64,000 bases of DNA from an uncultured Pseudomonadales bacterium (GCA_964637295.1 CAZWWE010000003.1:37565-101564), one strand, 5' to 3'. Shown: positions 1 through 9,496, counted from the stretch's first letter. Made by a program: numbers and translations. The notes: generated by a model not told the origin, from the letters alone.

Positions 1-261
1 GAGCTTTATGTCAAGAAAGATGGTGAAGATTTCAAGTTAAAAGCTACGGAAGAAAATGAATATCGTTTTGTTGGCAAACTAGAACTTGCCCGCGGTCGCT
101 ATGAGCTGTACGCCAAAGCTTATTCTCGAGAAGGCAAAACCAAAGAAAGCAGCAAAATTCGTATTGGTACTGGTGGCATGGCTTGGGACTATGTGGAGCC
201 AGTGTTAACCCCCACTCCCAGCGAACCCACTCCGACCGCCTCATCTAGTGCTAATTTATAG
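1..261 (+). CDS. 3' end of a gene running in from the left edge; Ig-like C-terminus with P/T/S-rich tail, possibly a penicillin-binding protein C-terminus
   Basis: Frame 1 is open from base 1 to TAG at 259-261 (ELYVKKDG...YELYAKAY...AWDYVEPVLTPTPSEPTPTASSSANL). Not in the ORF track because no start codon is in the window. Product is inference. Confidence 0.6.
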   Translation, partial: ELYVKKDGEDFKLKATEENEYRFVGKLELARGRYELYAKAYSREGKTKESSKIRIGTGGMAWDYVEPVLTPTPSEPTPTASSSANL

Positions 262-316
262 AAGTTGTCGCAAGAAAATTTACAGCAATTTTTCAATTTT
301 GATCAGACAATTCTTG

Positions 317-1561
317 TTAAAAAAATAAATAAAATAAACTAAGTAGAGCCAGACCCACCGGTTGTGTCCATAGATAGTGATCCAAGCTCACTATTGCCAA
401 CAGCACCGTAGATTTGAGCAAAAAATGGGCTATTCGCGCCCTTCTAAGCAGATAAAACAGGCCAAAGAACAGATAAAGGCCTCCTTCACTCAGAATTAAT
501 AAAAGCAGCTGATGCGCTGGTTGCACAAAGCGCACGGTTTCTTTGGTAGTTGCAAACTGTTCTAGATAATAAGTGAATTGATTGAGGCCAACGCCAAAAA
601 TAGGCTTGCTTTGCCACATTCTCCAGGCTGCCTGATTTAGATTGGCACGTCGGCCAATTGAGTCAAATTGTTTTTTTTGGCTTGATCGTTCCAAAAATAA
701 AGGTAATAAAACAATCCAGCCAAGAAATAAACTAAATAGTAAAATTTTTTGACCCATTGAAGGGTTTCTGTCCGCTGAATTTTTGGAAAAAAAGTAAGTA
801 TAAAGCAAAAATAAAACTCCGCTTAATAAAGCACTTAGCGATTGAGTGATAAAAACAATACCAACCAGGTTAATGATCAAGGCAATTTTAAGCCAGCGCT
901 GCCAATGATTCTGTTTCAAAACTAAAATGCTCAAAATGACGATTAGACCAGCCAAAATATTGGGGTGAGCAGTGCTGCCATAGGGCAAAATTTTTTCTGC
1001 CCACCAAAATTGAGCTTTGCTAATATTGGCCAAATCAAGCAATCTGCTTTCGCCTAGAAAATGATATGCCAGCAAAGGTTGTTGCCAAATGAATTGATAA
1101 ATGGCTAAGCAACTTTGCACCATGATGACGCCTAAAAGGGTTAATAGGCCAAGTTTTTGGACTTTTGGTCTTTGCCAAAATGGATCCTGGCGCATCAGGT
1201 AGAAAAACAGCCACCACGCACAAAGATGAAGTAAAGCGTGCCAAGCCGCCAGAGGACGTGGGGTAAAAATTTGTACCGCAAATAAGCCGCTCAACCATAG
1301 GTAGACTCCAGGCGATTTTTTGAGTTTGGGCCAAAATCGCCATTCGATTAGTAAGAACAAAATTAAAAAAATATCTACTAAATAAAACTTAGGAATTAAA
1401 TAATCGATCAATAAACCGTCAAGATAAGCACCCTCTAGGGTAATTTTTTTAAATAAATTGAGACTAAAAGTGCTGAGAATCAGTATCAAGAGACTTAGTT
1501 TAGCGATTGGCCAAAACCAAAGTTTTCTAAATTTGTCCCACCAATTGTGCTTGAAATTCAT
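317..1561 (-). CDS. O-antigen ligase (Wzy_C/WaaL-like) family membrane protein
   Basis: Multi-TM protein with YGSTAHPNILAG, PIFGVGLNQF and QPAH motifs. Start taken at MNFKH to reduce overlap with pheT; the ORF extends to 1609. Confidence 0.8.
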   Translation of the reverse strand: MNFKHNWWDKFRKLWFWPIAKLSLLILILSTFSLNLFKKITLEGAYLDGLLIDYLIPKFYLVDIFLILFLLIEWRFWPKLKKSPGVYLWLSGLFAVQIFTPRPLAAWHALLHLCAWWLFFYLMRQDPFWQRPKVQKLGLLTLLGVIMVQSCLAIYQFIWQQPLLAYHFLGESRLLDLANISKAQFWWAEKILPYGSTAHPNILAGLIVILSILVLKQNHWQRWLKIALIINLVGIVFITQSLSALLSGVLFLLYTYFFSKNSADRNPSMGQKILLFSLFLGWIVLLPLFLERSSQKKQFDSIGRRANLNQAAWRMWQSKPIFGVGLNQFTYYLEQFATTKETVRFVQPAHQLLLLILSEGGLYLFFGLFYLLRRARIAHFLLKSTVLLAIVSLDHYLWTQPVGLALLSLFYLFF

Positions 1562-3536
1562 TTTCTGCCATTCTAACAATTTTTTGCCTGATTGGCTCAA
1601 CGGTTTCATTGCTCAAATTAGTAGTGGGATCTTGAAAGAGAAAATTGAAAGTAAAGTTATTTTGATAGATATCACTTAATTCAATTTTTTTAATACGTGG
1701 ATCTAGTTGACTCAGCGCATCCATGAAAGTGCCCACTGCCACGGTGTTTTGCAAGGTGAAGGTTAAACTTTCATTGATGGTGGCGGTTTTAATAATTTTT
1801 TGATAACGAGGATATTTTTTTGCCACTGCTAATAAACTAGCTAAATCAATTTCAAGAGCAACTAAGTCCTGATCTAAAATTACCAGATGCCCAATGAATT
1901 GGCGGCTGCGATCTTGCTTGACGATGATCAGCTCAGCCTCTTGCTTGGCTTGTGGCAGAGTGAGCTTGCGAGCTGGTTTTTCTTTGATGAGGAGTTTTTG
2001 TTGGTGATTAAAGATAAATAAGCGTTCGCAAAGGCTTAAAAAATCTCCTTTGACTTGGCGATAATTTTGTTTGGCTACTAAAGTGAGAGTTAGATTTTGT
2101 TCAGGTAAACCACTTGTTTGTGGATGATAAAGTTTGGCAATTTCAAACACGGCGAGTTGTTGGCGAGTTGGATTCTGTGCCAAAATTTCACACAAAGATG
2201 GGATTAAACTGCGTCGCAAATATTGATGTTCTTGAGTGAGTGGATTAGCCAGCTTGAGATGCTGTTCTAAATCATAGCCAGATGACACAGCTTGTTCGGC
2301 GCTGACTAGCGAATAACTATAAATTTCTTGCCAGCCTCGTGTGGCCAGAAAATGTTTAATCAGATTTTCCAAGTGATAATCAGTAGTAGGATCAGGGTTG
2401 ACGGCTAGTTCACCACTCATTAATTTACTGGGTAAATTGTGATAGCCATAAATTCTGGCTAATTCTTCGATCACGTCGGCGGGAATTTGCAGATCAGAAC
2501 GAAAAGTCGGCGGAGTAACCAGAATTCCATCATTTTTACTAATTACCTGGCAATCTAAATCGGTAAGAATGGTTTGAATTTCTTCCTTTGGCAGTTTGAT
2601 GCCCAGATAATTTTCAATGCTTTGGTATTTGACTTGGACTGGCAGAGCTAACTTGGGAGCAGGAAAATAATCATAAAGCTCTGAGGCAACTTGAGCTTGG
2701 CAAAGTTGACTAAATAATTGGACGCCGTACATCATCACTGCTTTGGCTAAATGAGGATCAACATTTTTTTCATTTAATTGGGCAGCCACAGTACGAATAG
2801 CATGACTCATTGAGGCATAACGTACTTTTTGAGCATCAAGAGATTCGATCCAAAATAAAATTGACTTTGTGTGCTGATCGACGCCCGTATTCAGCGTGCC
2901 CTTGATTGCTGGCAAATCAATGATTTCGCCATTTTCTGCTTCGAAAACAATTTCTCCGCCAAGAGTTTGATGAGTCGCACCGTCTAGAGTGACAAAGCTT
3001 TTACCTTTATTGGCTTCTTTGATGATAATTTTGCCACCCAAATTCATGATTTTGTCATAATCAAAAACGTGACAAGGATGTCCCAATTCGTGAGTGACAT
3101 AATTACTGATATCAATGAGAGCTTCATGAACATTGACGTCAATGGTTTGTAGTCTTTGTTTCATGAGCTCTGGACTATCCACATGTTGCACGTTGGTCAT
3201 CACTACGGCCAAAACACGATGTACAGCCTCAGTTTCATAAATAATTTCTGGCAAAGGCAAGTTCTTGTGGGGATGCTTTTTAATTTCAGGAAAATTAATG
3301 GCTTTGAGCTTAGCTGCAAAACCAGCTCTTTTCAGGATCGTAGCGGCTTCACGAGCGATGCCGCGTACCGACATGCAATCAACTCGATTAGTAGTTACCT
3401 CAAGGTCATAAACGTCATCATGGTAAATTCTTTCAACTGAAGGACCACTCAGAGAGAGATATTTTTGAATATCTGTTTTACTAGCCGTAGTTTGTAAGTG
3501 TTCACGTAGCCAAGAATCTGGAATTAAAATGTTCAT
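1527..3536 (-). CDS. pheT: phenylalanine--tRNA ligase beta subunit
   Basis: DLEVTTNRVDCMSVRGIARE, PTFRSDLQIPADVIEELARIYGY, NPL...LRRSLIPSL; directly downstream of pheS. Confidence 0.97.
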   Translation of the reverse strand: MNILIPDSWLREHLQTTASKTDIQKYLSLSGPSVERIYHDDVYDLEVTTNRVDCMSVRGIAREAATILKRAGFAAKLKAINFPEIKKHPHKNLPLPEIIYETEAVHRVLAVVMTNVQHVDSPELMKQRLQTIDVNVHEALIDISNYVTHELGHPCHVFDYDKIMNLGGKIIIKEANKGKSFVTLDGATHQTLGGEIVFEAENGEIIDLPAIKGTLNTGVDQHTKSILFWIESLDAQKVRYASMSHAIRTVAAQLNEKNVDPHLAKAVMMYGVQLFSQLCQAQVASELYDYFPAPKLALPVQVKYQSIENYLGIKLPKEEIQTILTDLDCQVISKNDGILVTPPTFRSDLQIPADVIEELARIYGYHNLPSKLMSGELAVNPDPTTDYHLENLIKHFLATRGWQEIYSYSLVSAEQAVSSGYDLEQHLKLANPLTQEHQYLRRSLIPSLCEILAQNPTRQQLAVFEIAKLYHPQTSGLPEQNLTLTLVAKQNYRQVKGDFLSLCERLFIFNHQQKLLIKEKPARKLTLPQAKQEAELIIVKQDRSRQFIGHLVILDQDLVALEIDLASLLAVAKKYPRYQKIIKTATINESLTFTLQNTVAVGTFMDALSQLDPRIKKIELSDIYQNNFTFNFLFQDPTTNLSNETVEPIRQKIVRMAENEFQAQLVGQI

Positions 3537-3538
3537 AC

Positions 3539-4582
3539 TTAAAATTGCTCCAAAAAGTCTAGATTACCTGAATAAAAAAGTCTAATGTCGTCAATGTTCA
3601 AATCTTTTTTCAAAGTATAAGTGCGCTCCACTCCCCAACCAAAAGCAAAGCCAGTGTATAAATCTGGATCAATGCCGCCAGATCGCAAGACATTGGGGTG
3701 CACCATGCCAGCGCCACCGACTTCGTGCCAGCCAGATTTACAAAAACGGCAATTTTCTCCCGATGATAGTTGACCAGTGCCGCCACAAATATGGCAACTA
3801 AAATCAACTTCAAAAGAAGGTTCAGTAAATTGAAAATGAAAAGGTCGAATGCGACTTTTGGTGCCCGGCCCATAAAAATTTTGGGCAAAATAATCCAGAG
3901 TGCCCTTGAGATGCTGAATGTTAATGCCCTGATCAATCACTAAGCCTTCAAATTGATGAAACATTTGAGTGTGAGTGGCGTCACTTTGGCGACGATAAGT
4001 GCGCGCCACATTGATCATGCGGATCGGCGGCTTGGCTTTAAGGCGCTCCATTTCGCGCACTTGTCCATTGGAAGTGTGAGTGGTCAGAACCATCTTGCCC
4101 AATTTTTTATCTGCTGGCGTGTCAATAAAAAAAGTTTCCCACTCATCGCGGGCTGGATGATCTTTAGGCATGTTGAGAGCCTCGAAAACATAATAGTCGA
4201 AATCAACCTCTGGATAACGAACGCGATTGAAACCAATTTTTTCAAAAATTTGACAAATTTCTTCAATAGCTTGAGAAATTGGGTGTAAATGACCAATTTT
4301 TGGTTTTAATCCAGGCAAAGTCAAGTCAATTCGGTCATTGTCGTTTGGTTGTTGAGCGAGCGTTGCAATTTTTTGTTCAATTTTTTGCTTTAATTGATTT
4401 AATTTTTGGCCAAAACGTTTTTTTTCATCATTGGGCACATCTTTGATCAAAGCGGCGAGTTGCTTAAAAGCACCATTTTTACCCAGATATTTGATGCGCA
4501 ATTTGGCTTGGTCAGTCTCGGTTTCTTGATTGATGGTTTGTGCCAGATCTTGGCAGAGTTGGAAAGGATCCGATTGGTTCAT
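3539..4582 (-). CDS. pheS: phenylalanine--tRNA ligase alpha subunit
   Basis: GHLHP, HPARD, THTSNGQVR, FHQFEG, FQFTEPS, GFAFGWGVER class IIc motifs. Confidence 0.98.
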   Translation of the reverse strand: MNQSDPFQLCQDLAQTINQETETDQAKLRIKYLGKNGAFKQLAALIKDVPNDEKKRFGQKLNQLKQKIEQKIATLAQQPNDNDRIDLTLPGLKPKIGHLHPISQAIEEICQIFEKIGFNRVRYPEVDFDYYVFEALNMPKDHPARDEWETFFIDTPADKKLGKMVLTTHTSNGQVREMERLKAKPPIRMINVARTYRRQSDATHTQMFHQFEGLVIDQGINIQHLKGTLDYFAQNFYGPGTKSRIRPFHFQFTEPSFEVDFSCHICGGTGQLSSGENCRFCKSGWHEVGGAGMVHPNVLRSGGIDPDLYTGFAFGWGVERTYTLKKDLNIDDIRLFYSGNLDFLEQF

Positions 4583-4810
4583 ATTGATTTCATTTTTTGT
4601 TTATTATAACGCTATATCTTGTGAGATCCAAGATTGTCAAGATAACTCAGAACATATAATTCTGGCGAATTAGACTGCAACTTGGGATATTTTTGTAAAA
4701 TTTTTCCTAAAATTCCAGCGCGAGTTGAAAACTGAGGACTTTTTTCTGAGCAAAGATTTATTTTTTCTGCATTCATAGCTGTTTTTTTCATATTTTTTTC
4801 TTTCAAAACT

Positions 4811-4839
4811 AAAAAACCCCGCTTTTTTGCGGGGTTTTT
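4811..4839 (-). terminator. intrinsic terminator hairpin between rplT and pheS
   Basis: AAAAACCCCGC-TTTTTT-GCGGGGTTTTT perfect stem with T-tract on either strand. Confidence 0.85.
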
Positions 4840-4867
4840 ATTTTTTTAACTTAAATTTGCCGATCAA

Positions 4868-4939
4868 CTACCCCGCTCTTTTTTTTAACAAAAAGCTTTG
4901 AAACATAATAGTAGTTTGTTGACGATCAAAACTTAACAT
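4868..4939 (-). promoter_or_regulatory. putative pheM-like leader peptide / attenuator (MLSFDRQQTTIMFQSFLLKKRAG)
   Basis: 24-codon ORF with three TTT Phe codons. Its 3' end (GCGGGG, 4871-4876) can pair with the CCCCGC 5' arm of the downstream terminator. Confidence 0.45.
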
Positions 4940-4957
4940 GACTGTTTACTTATATAC

Positions 4958-5311
4958 TTATTTTTGAATTTTGGCAAGAATTTCTTTGAAAGTGTCAAAA
5001 TCTTTAACAGCGATTTCAGAGAGCATTTTGCGATTGAGAGCAATTTTAGCAGTTTTTAAACCCTTGATAAAACGAGAATAATTAAGTTTTTCGCTAACTT
5101 GCTTGACTGCGGCGGTAATACGCACAATCCATAATTTACGCATATCACGCTTACGTAGCTTACGACCAATATAGGCGTATTGGCCAGCATGCAATAAAGC
5201 CTCTTTAGCTCTTTTGTAAAGACGATTGTTGGTGCCACGAAAACCCTTAGTGAGGGTCAAAACTTTTTTGTGGCGGCGATGACGAATGGTACTGGTTTTA
5301 GTTCTGGACAT
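4958..5311 (-). CDS. rplT: 50S ribosomal protein L20
   Basis: RHKKVL..KGFRG, YAYIGRKLRKRDMRKLWIVRI, LNRKMLSEIA. Confidence 0.98.
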   Translation of the reverse strand: MSRTKTSTIRHRRHKKVLTLTKGFRGTNNRLYKRAKEALLHAGQYAYIGRKLRKRDMRKLWIVRITAAVKQVSEKLNYSRFIKGLKTAKIALNRKMLSEIAVKDFDTFKEILAKIQK

Positions 5312-5336
5312 AATAATCTTTCTTGCTTGAAAAAAA

Positions 5337-5540
5337 TTAAGCTAAACCTAGCATTTTCTTGATTTTTTTAGCGAAAGCACCGGTAATCTCTACTGGCACT
5401 CGATAATTTCTAATGGCTTTTTTGCTTTTATTTTTACGTAAATGGCGGCGATTTTGAATACGACGCATAATTTTACCAGTGCCAGTTACATGAAAGCGAC
5501 GAGCCACACCCTTTCTGGTTTTTACTTTAATTTTTTTCAT
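5337..5540 (-). CDS. rpmI: 50S ribosomal protein L35
   Basis: KVKTRKGVARRFHVTGTGKI; lies between infC and rplT. Confidence 0.96.
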   Translation of the reverse strand: MKKIKVKTRKGVARRFHVTGTGKIMRRIQNRRHLRKNKSKKAIRNYRVPVEITGAFAKKIKKMLGLA

Positions 5541-5551
5541 AAACTTCTATC

Positions 5552-6103
5552 CTATTTTTTCTTGCCAATTGGGTCAAGTTGAGCTTGTAATTTTTTGCCA
5601 ATTAACTTGGGAGGCAAACTAATCTTGCCCACATCAGCATTGCTGCTAAAGATTTTTTCAAAAACTTCAAATCCCAGATCCTTGCGGACAATTTGTCTGC
5701 CTTTAAAAGTCAAGGTTAGTTTGACTTTATTACCTTTTTCCAAAAAATCTCTAACCTTGCGATTGCGAGCTTCAAAGTCGGCTTCACCCATAAAAGGAGT
5801 AAAACGCAGCTCTTTAAGTTCTTGAGTTTTAGATTTTTTGCGCGTATCAGCAGTTTTTTTCTTGAGCTGATACTTATATTTTGAAAGTTCAATAATCTTC
5901 ACCACTGGTGGCTCAGCTTTTTCAGTCACCAAGACTAAATCAATATCTTGTGACATGGCTTGTTCCAAAGCTTCATTGGAAGACATTTCTCCCAGTGATT
6001 CGCCATATTCATTGAGCACACGAACTTTTGGAAAACGAATCTGATGATTCGCCTTCACGTAAATCTGTTCACTCCTATTTTTGTTGTATTTTTTTCTAAT
6101 CAC
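5552..6103 (-). CDS. infC: translation initiation factor IF-3
   Basis: NHQIRFPKVRV, DLVLV...PPVVKI, GNKVKLTLTFKGR. No ATG at the 5' end: GTG at 6103 is followed immediately by ATT at 6100. Confidence 0.96.
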   Translation of the reverse strand: MIRKKYNKNRSEQIYVKANHQIRFPKVRVLNEYGESLGEMSSNEALEQAMSQDIDLVLVTEKAEPPVVKIIELSKYKYQLKKKTADTRKKSKTQELKELRFTPFMGEADFEARNRKVRDFLEKGNKVKLTLTFKGRQIVRKDLGFEVFEKIFSSNADVGKISLPPKLIGKKLQAQLDPIGKKK

Positions 6104-6131
6104 GCAAGGTCGTTTATTATATACTATGGAC

Positions 6132-6172
6132 TTGAATTTCGCACGAGACTTAATTCAAAGTGCGAAATTCAA
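6132..6172. repeat. 13-bp perfect inverted repeat upstream of infC
   Basis: TTGAATTTCGCAC (6132-6144) and GTGCGAAATTCAA (6160-6172) with a 15-nt spacer. Confidence 0.8.
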
Positions 6173-6303
6173 ATTTACTTCAAGTTATGAAGTTGAGGGA
6201 ATTATAACTGATGAAGGCTTGTGTAGCAAGAGAAGGGTGTAGTTTACGCTTAGTTCTCTTGTCGAATGTTTCTTCTTGATTTATAATAGCTCGTTTGCGA
6301 AAC

Positions 6304-6377
6304 GAGCTTGTAGCTCAGTTGGTTAGAGCGCTTCGTTGACATCGAAGAGGTCAGAGATTCGAGTTCTCTCAAGCTCA
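6304..6377 (+). tRNA. tRNA-Val(GAC)
   Basis: Cloverleaf: acceptor GAGCTTG/CAAGCTC, anticodon arm CTTCG-TTGACAT-CGAAG, T-loop TTCGAGT. CCA not encoded. Confidence 0.96.
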
Positions 6378-6384
6378 CAAAAAT

Positions 6385-6407
6385 ATCCCCGAAACGGGGA
6401 TTTTTTT
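6385..6407 (+). terminator. intrinsic terminator after tRNA-Val, likely bidirectional
   Basis: ATCCCCG-AAA-CGGGGAT followed by a T-run; A-run upstream. Confidence 0.8.
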
Positions 6408-6414
6408 GTAAGAC

Positions 6415-7059
6415 TTATCCTACGGCATTGGCTCCGAAATTTCTTTCGTTGTTCATGCCTTGATGCACGTCTTTAGTTTTTTTATAATTTAGACCGTATC
6501 TTTTTTTGCTCTTACTTTGCATTTGTTGTGCCCAACTTCTGGCGCTACTGACTTTTTGTCGCAATAATAAGATAAATTGACGCAATTGAAAAAAGAAATT
6601 GTGATAATAACTAGCTCCTTCACTGCCTGGAGCGACCACATCTTGAGCGACCGCAATTTCGACATCTTGATTTAAACCTTTAATGTCGGCAATCAATAGC
6701 TCCAGCTCTTTTCTCACTTGGTTAAGTTCTTCTTTACTCTTTTCTTCTTTGGCAGAAAAAATATCGTAAGTATTGACGGGATTGATTTGTTCATGCAGTT
6801 TACGACGCAGGGCGTCTTTTTTTTGTTTCAAGAGCCATTCTTCTTGTTGTCTCAAAATATTTTCACCAGAAAAAGCATCTTGATTTTGGCCAGAACTATT
6901 TAACAAGGCATTGGCAAAAGGATTGATTTCATCGGCTATTTTGGCGTTAGGAAATTGTTTGCTTTTTTGTTCATTTTCCACCAAAGAGTCTGCAAAATTA
7001 CCGAGTGGTTTTTGCGTAGCTACTTTGTTGTGACTACTGCCTTGTCCTAATGTTGCCAT
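6415..7059 (-). CDS. coiled-coil hypothetical protein, DUF5660-like
   Basis: Helical protein with YYHNFF..L....V.SA.SW motif recalled from Microgenomates DUF5660 proteins. Confidence 0.6.
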   Translation of the reverse strand: MATLGQGSSHNKVATQKPLGNFADSLVENEQKSKQFPNAKIADEINPFANALLNSSGQNQDAFSGENILRQQEEWLLKQKKDALRRKLHEQINPVNTYDIFSAKEEKSKEELNQVRKELELLIADIKGLNQDVEIAVAQDVVAPGSEGASYYHNFFFQLRQFILLLRQKVSSARSWAQQMQSKSKKRYGLNYKKTKDVHQGMNNERNFGANAVG

Positions 7060-7143
7060 TTTGATATAGATAGACTGTTATTGACCGCATATTATAGGTT
7101 TTTGCGCTTGACAAGTCAATGGACTAGCATACTTATAGCAAAA

Positions 7144-8130
7144 TTAAAGCGTAAGTAAAAGATTCAAGGTCTTGTTTTGCAACAAGCTTGCCTTAATTTG
7201 ATTGAGGTAATTTTGATTTTTTTCTAAATCTTGACGAATTTTAAGATTAGTAATTTTCACTAATTCAGCTTTTACTTCTTCATCTGTAACGCTTAATTTT
7301 TCCGCTTGACTAATTGCTGCCAAGATAAAATCTAGCTGTAAGCGGCTCAAAACCGTCCCAGCTAGTTCTTGACTTAATTGTTCAATGCTAATTTGGCGTC
7401 TTTTTAAATAATCTTCAGTAGAGATTTTATATTGTTTTAGTTGTTCAACTAATCGCTCATATTCAGCTTGAGTTTCTTGTCGCAACAAGAGTTCGCCGAT
7501 GGCAGGAGCAAAATTGGTCACCAACTCCTTGAAAATGTGTTGTAAATTGATTTCTTTTTTTTCTTGTTCAGTTAGTTCTTGATGAGCTTTGGCATGGTCA
7601 TGATCTTTATCCTTGCTTTTGCACTCAGCCGCTTCTTTTTTAATCGCTTGATTACGTTCCTCAATAAATTTAAGAGCTTCAGTTTTGGCTTTTTTGGTGA
7701 CTTTTTGATAATCTCCTAGTTTTACCTCGGGAATTGGAGAAAAAAATGCTTCTAGAACCCAAGTTTTATTTTTTTCTAAACTAATCGGATTAAATTCAGG
7801 CGGAGTGATGGGTTTTTTGCCACTTTTTTTGATTTCTTTTTCGTAAGCTGCTGGCAATAATTCGCGTAAGACCTGGTCGATGATTTTTTCTAAACCTACT
7901 TTTTGTTCAACGATGGCCAATGGAGCTTTGCCCACACGAAAACCTTCGGCTTTGACGGTTTTGGCGAAGGCAGCGACGGTTTTTTTATAAACTGGTTCGA
8001 CAATTTTCCACTCAAGAGTGATTTTGATGGAATCATTGGGAGCAATCAGAGATTTTCCAGGAGCTTCTTTTTTTGCTGTTTTAGCTTCTTTTTTAGCGAT
8101 TTGATCGATCGATTTTGTGCTTTTAGACAT
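7144..8130 (-). CDS. tig: trigger factor (ribosome-binding and C-terminal domains; FKBP domain absent)
   Basis: GFRVGKAP ribosome-binding signature; C-terminal LDFILAAISQAEKLSVTDEEV; only 328 aa. Confidence 0.9.
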   Translation of the reverse strand: MSKSTKSIDQIAKKEAKTAKKEAPGKSLIAPNDSIKITLEWKIVEPVYKKTVAAFAKTVKAEGFRVGKAPLAIVEQKVGLEKIIDQVLRELLPAAYEKEIKKSGKKPITPPEFNPISLEKNKTWVLEAFFSPIPEVKLGDYQKVTKKAKTEALKFIEERNQAIKKEAAECKSKDKDHDHAKAHQELTEQEKKEINLQHIFKELVTNFAPAIGELLLRQETQAEYERLVEQLKQYKISTEDYLKRRQISIEQLSQELAGTVLSRLQLDFILAAISQAEKLSVTDEEVKAELVKITNLKIRQDLEKNQNYLNQIKASLLQNKTLNLLLTL

Positions 8131-8305
8131 AGGAGTGGATTATAGCATGAAAAATTAACTCAAGAACCCTAGAGCTTTTTTAACTAATCTGTGCAATGCT
8201 GGATCGAGTCTATCTCTTGCTCATTCAATTTTTTTAAAGCTAAAAAATTTTAGCTCTTGTGATTCATTTATCCAAGATCATGATTTAAGTTCTAATTAAA
8301 CTTTT

Positions 8306-9355
8306 TTAGATTTTAAGCAACTGTTCCACCAATCTGCAAGTGTAACCCCACTCGTTATCGTACCAGGCGATCACTTTCACTAAATTACCATCGATGACTT
8401 GAGTCAATTCTGCATCTACGACCGCTGAATATTCACAGCCGATAAAATCACTAGAAACCAGTGGCTCGTTACTGACGGCAACAATGCCTCGATAGTCTTT
8501 TTGACTCGCTTCTCTGAAAATTTGATTAACTTCTTCAGCAGTAGTGTTATTTTTGGTCAAAAAAGTTAAATCGGAGAGTGAAACGGTGGGTACTGGGACT
8601 CGCAGAGCTAAACCATCGAACTTGCCTTTCAAGCTAGGAATAATGGCGGCACTAGCTTTGGCGGCGCCAGTGCTAGTCGGCACGATGTTGCTGGCGGCAT
8701 TTCTGGCCCGACGCAGGTCTTTTTTGTGCGAATTATCATGCAAATTTTGATCATCGGTGTAAGCGTGAATGGTGCTTAAAACTGCTTTTTCTACTCCCAG
8801 AGTGTCCTTCATGATCTTGACTAAGGGTGCAATGCAATTAGTGGTGCAGGAAGCGTTGGAAAAAATTTCTTTAGATTTGTCAAATTGATTGACTGAAATT
8901 ACACTAGTCGAAACCTCATTGTTTTTGTCAGCTTTAGCAGGAGCAGATAATAAAACTTTTTTGGCGCCAGCTGTTAAATGAGCCTTAGCCTTTTCTGGCT
9001 TATTAAATTGTCCAGTAGATTCTAGAACAATTTCGACCTCATATTTCTTCCAGGGAATTTTGGCAGGGTCTTTTTGGGCTGTGACAACAATTTTGTGTTC
9101 GCCAACTTCTAAGTAGCCAAGTTCTGGATTTTCATCGCTAATTTCTTCAATTGTTTGTGTTGCTTTAAAATTAATTTTGGGCCTAAAAGAACCATAAACG
9201 GTATCGTGTTTGAGCAAATGCACCCAAGCAGCAAGATTCATTGACCCAGAAGTGTTAATCGTTGTTAATGTTAGTTCTTGTTGGTGCTTTTCAAACCAGA
9301 CGCGAAAAGCCAAACGACCAATTCGGCCAAAGCCGTTAATAGCAAATTTTTTCAT
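8306..9355 (-). CDS. gap: type I glyceraldehyde-3-phosphate dehydrogenase
   Basis: INGFGRIGR, SNASCTTNC, PTSTGAAKA, WYDNEWGY; start at MKKFAIN. Confidence 0.98.
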   Translation of the reverse strand: MKKFAINGFGRIGRLAFRVWFEKHQQELTLTTINTSGSMNLAAWVHLLKHDTVYGSFRPKINFKATQTIEEISDENPELGYLEVGEHKIVVTAQKDPAKIPWKKYEVEIVLESTGQFNKPEKAKAHLTAGAKKVLLSAPAKADKNNEVSTSVISVNQFDKSKEIFSNASCTTNCIAPLVKIMKDTLGVEKAVLSTIHAYTDDQNLHDNSHKKDLRRARNAASNIVPTSTGAAKASAAIIPSLKGKFDGLALRVPVPTVSLSDLTFLTKNNTTAEEVNQIFREASQKDYRGIVAVSNEPLVSSDFIGCEYSAVVDAELTQVIDGNLVKVIAWYDNEWGYTCRLVEQLLKI

Positions 9356-9496
9356 AGTAAGATTAGTATGCCACAGAACTGTATTTTGCAACAAGTTTAA
9401 ATAGAAAAGGAAATTTAATTCGACGATGCATTTGATCACCTGAGGAAATATATTTACTCAAGTGATCACTGAGGAGGAGAATTGAATTTCCTTTTC

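Noticed and set aside
44-244. 66-aa minus-strand ORF
   Set aside because: Antisense shadow of the more protein-like + strand frame at 1-261.
4612-4806. 64-aa ORF between the terminator and pheS
   Set aside because: TTG start, no recognisable motif, AT-rich. It cannot be excluded as a small protein but is unsupported.
4600-4950. T-box riboswitch upstream of pheS
   Set aside because: No TGGNACC T-box bulge sequence found on the minus strand.
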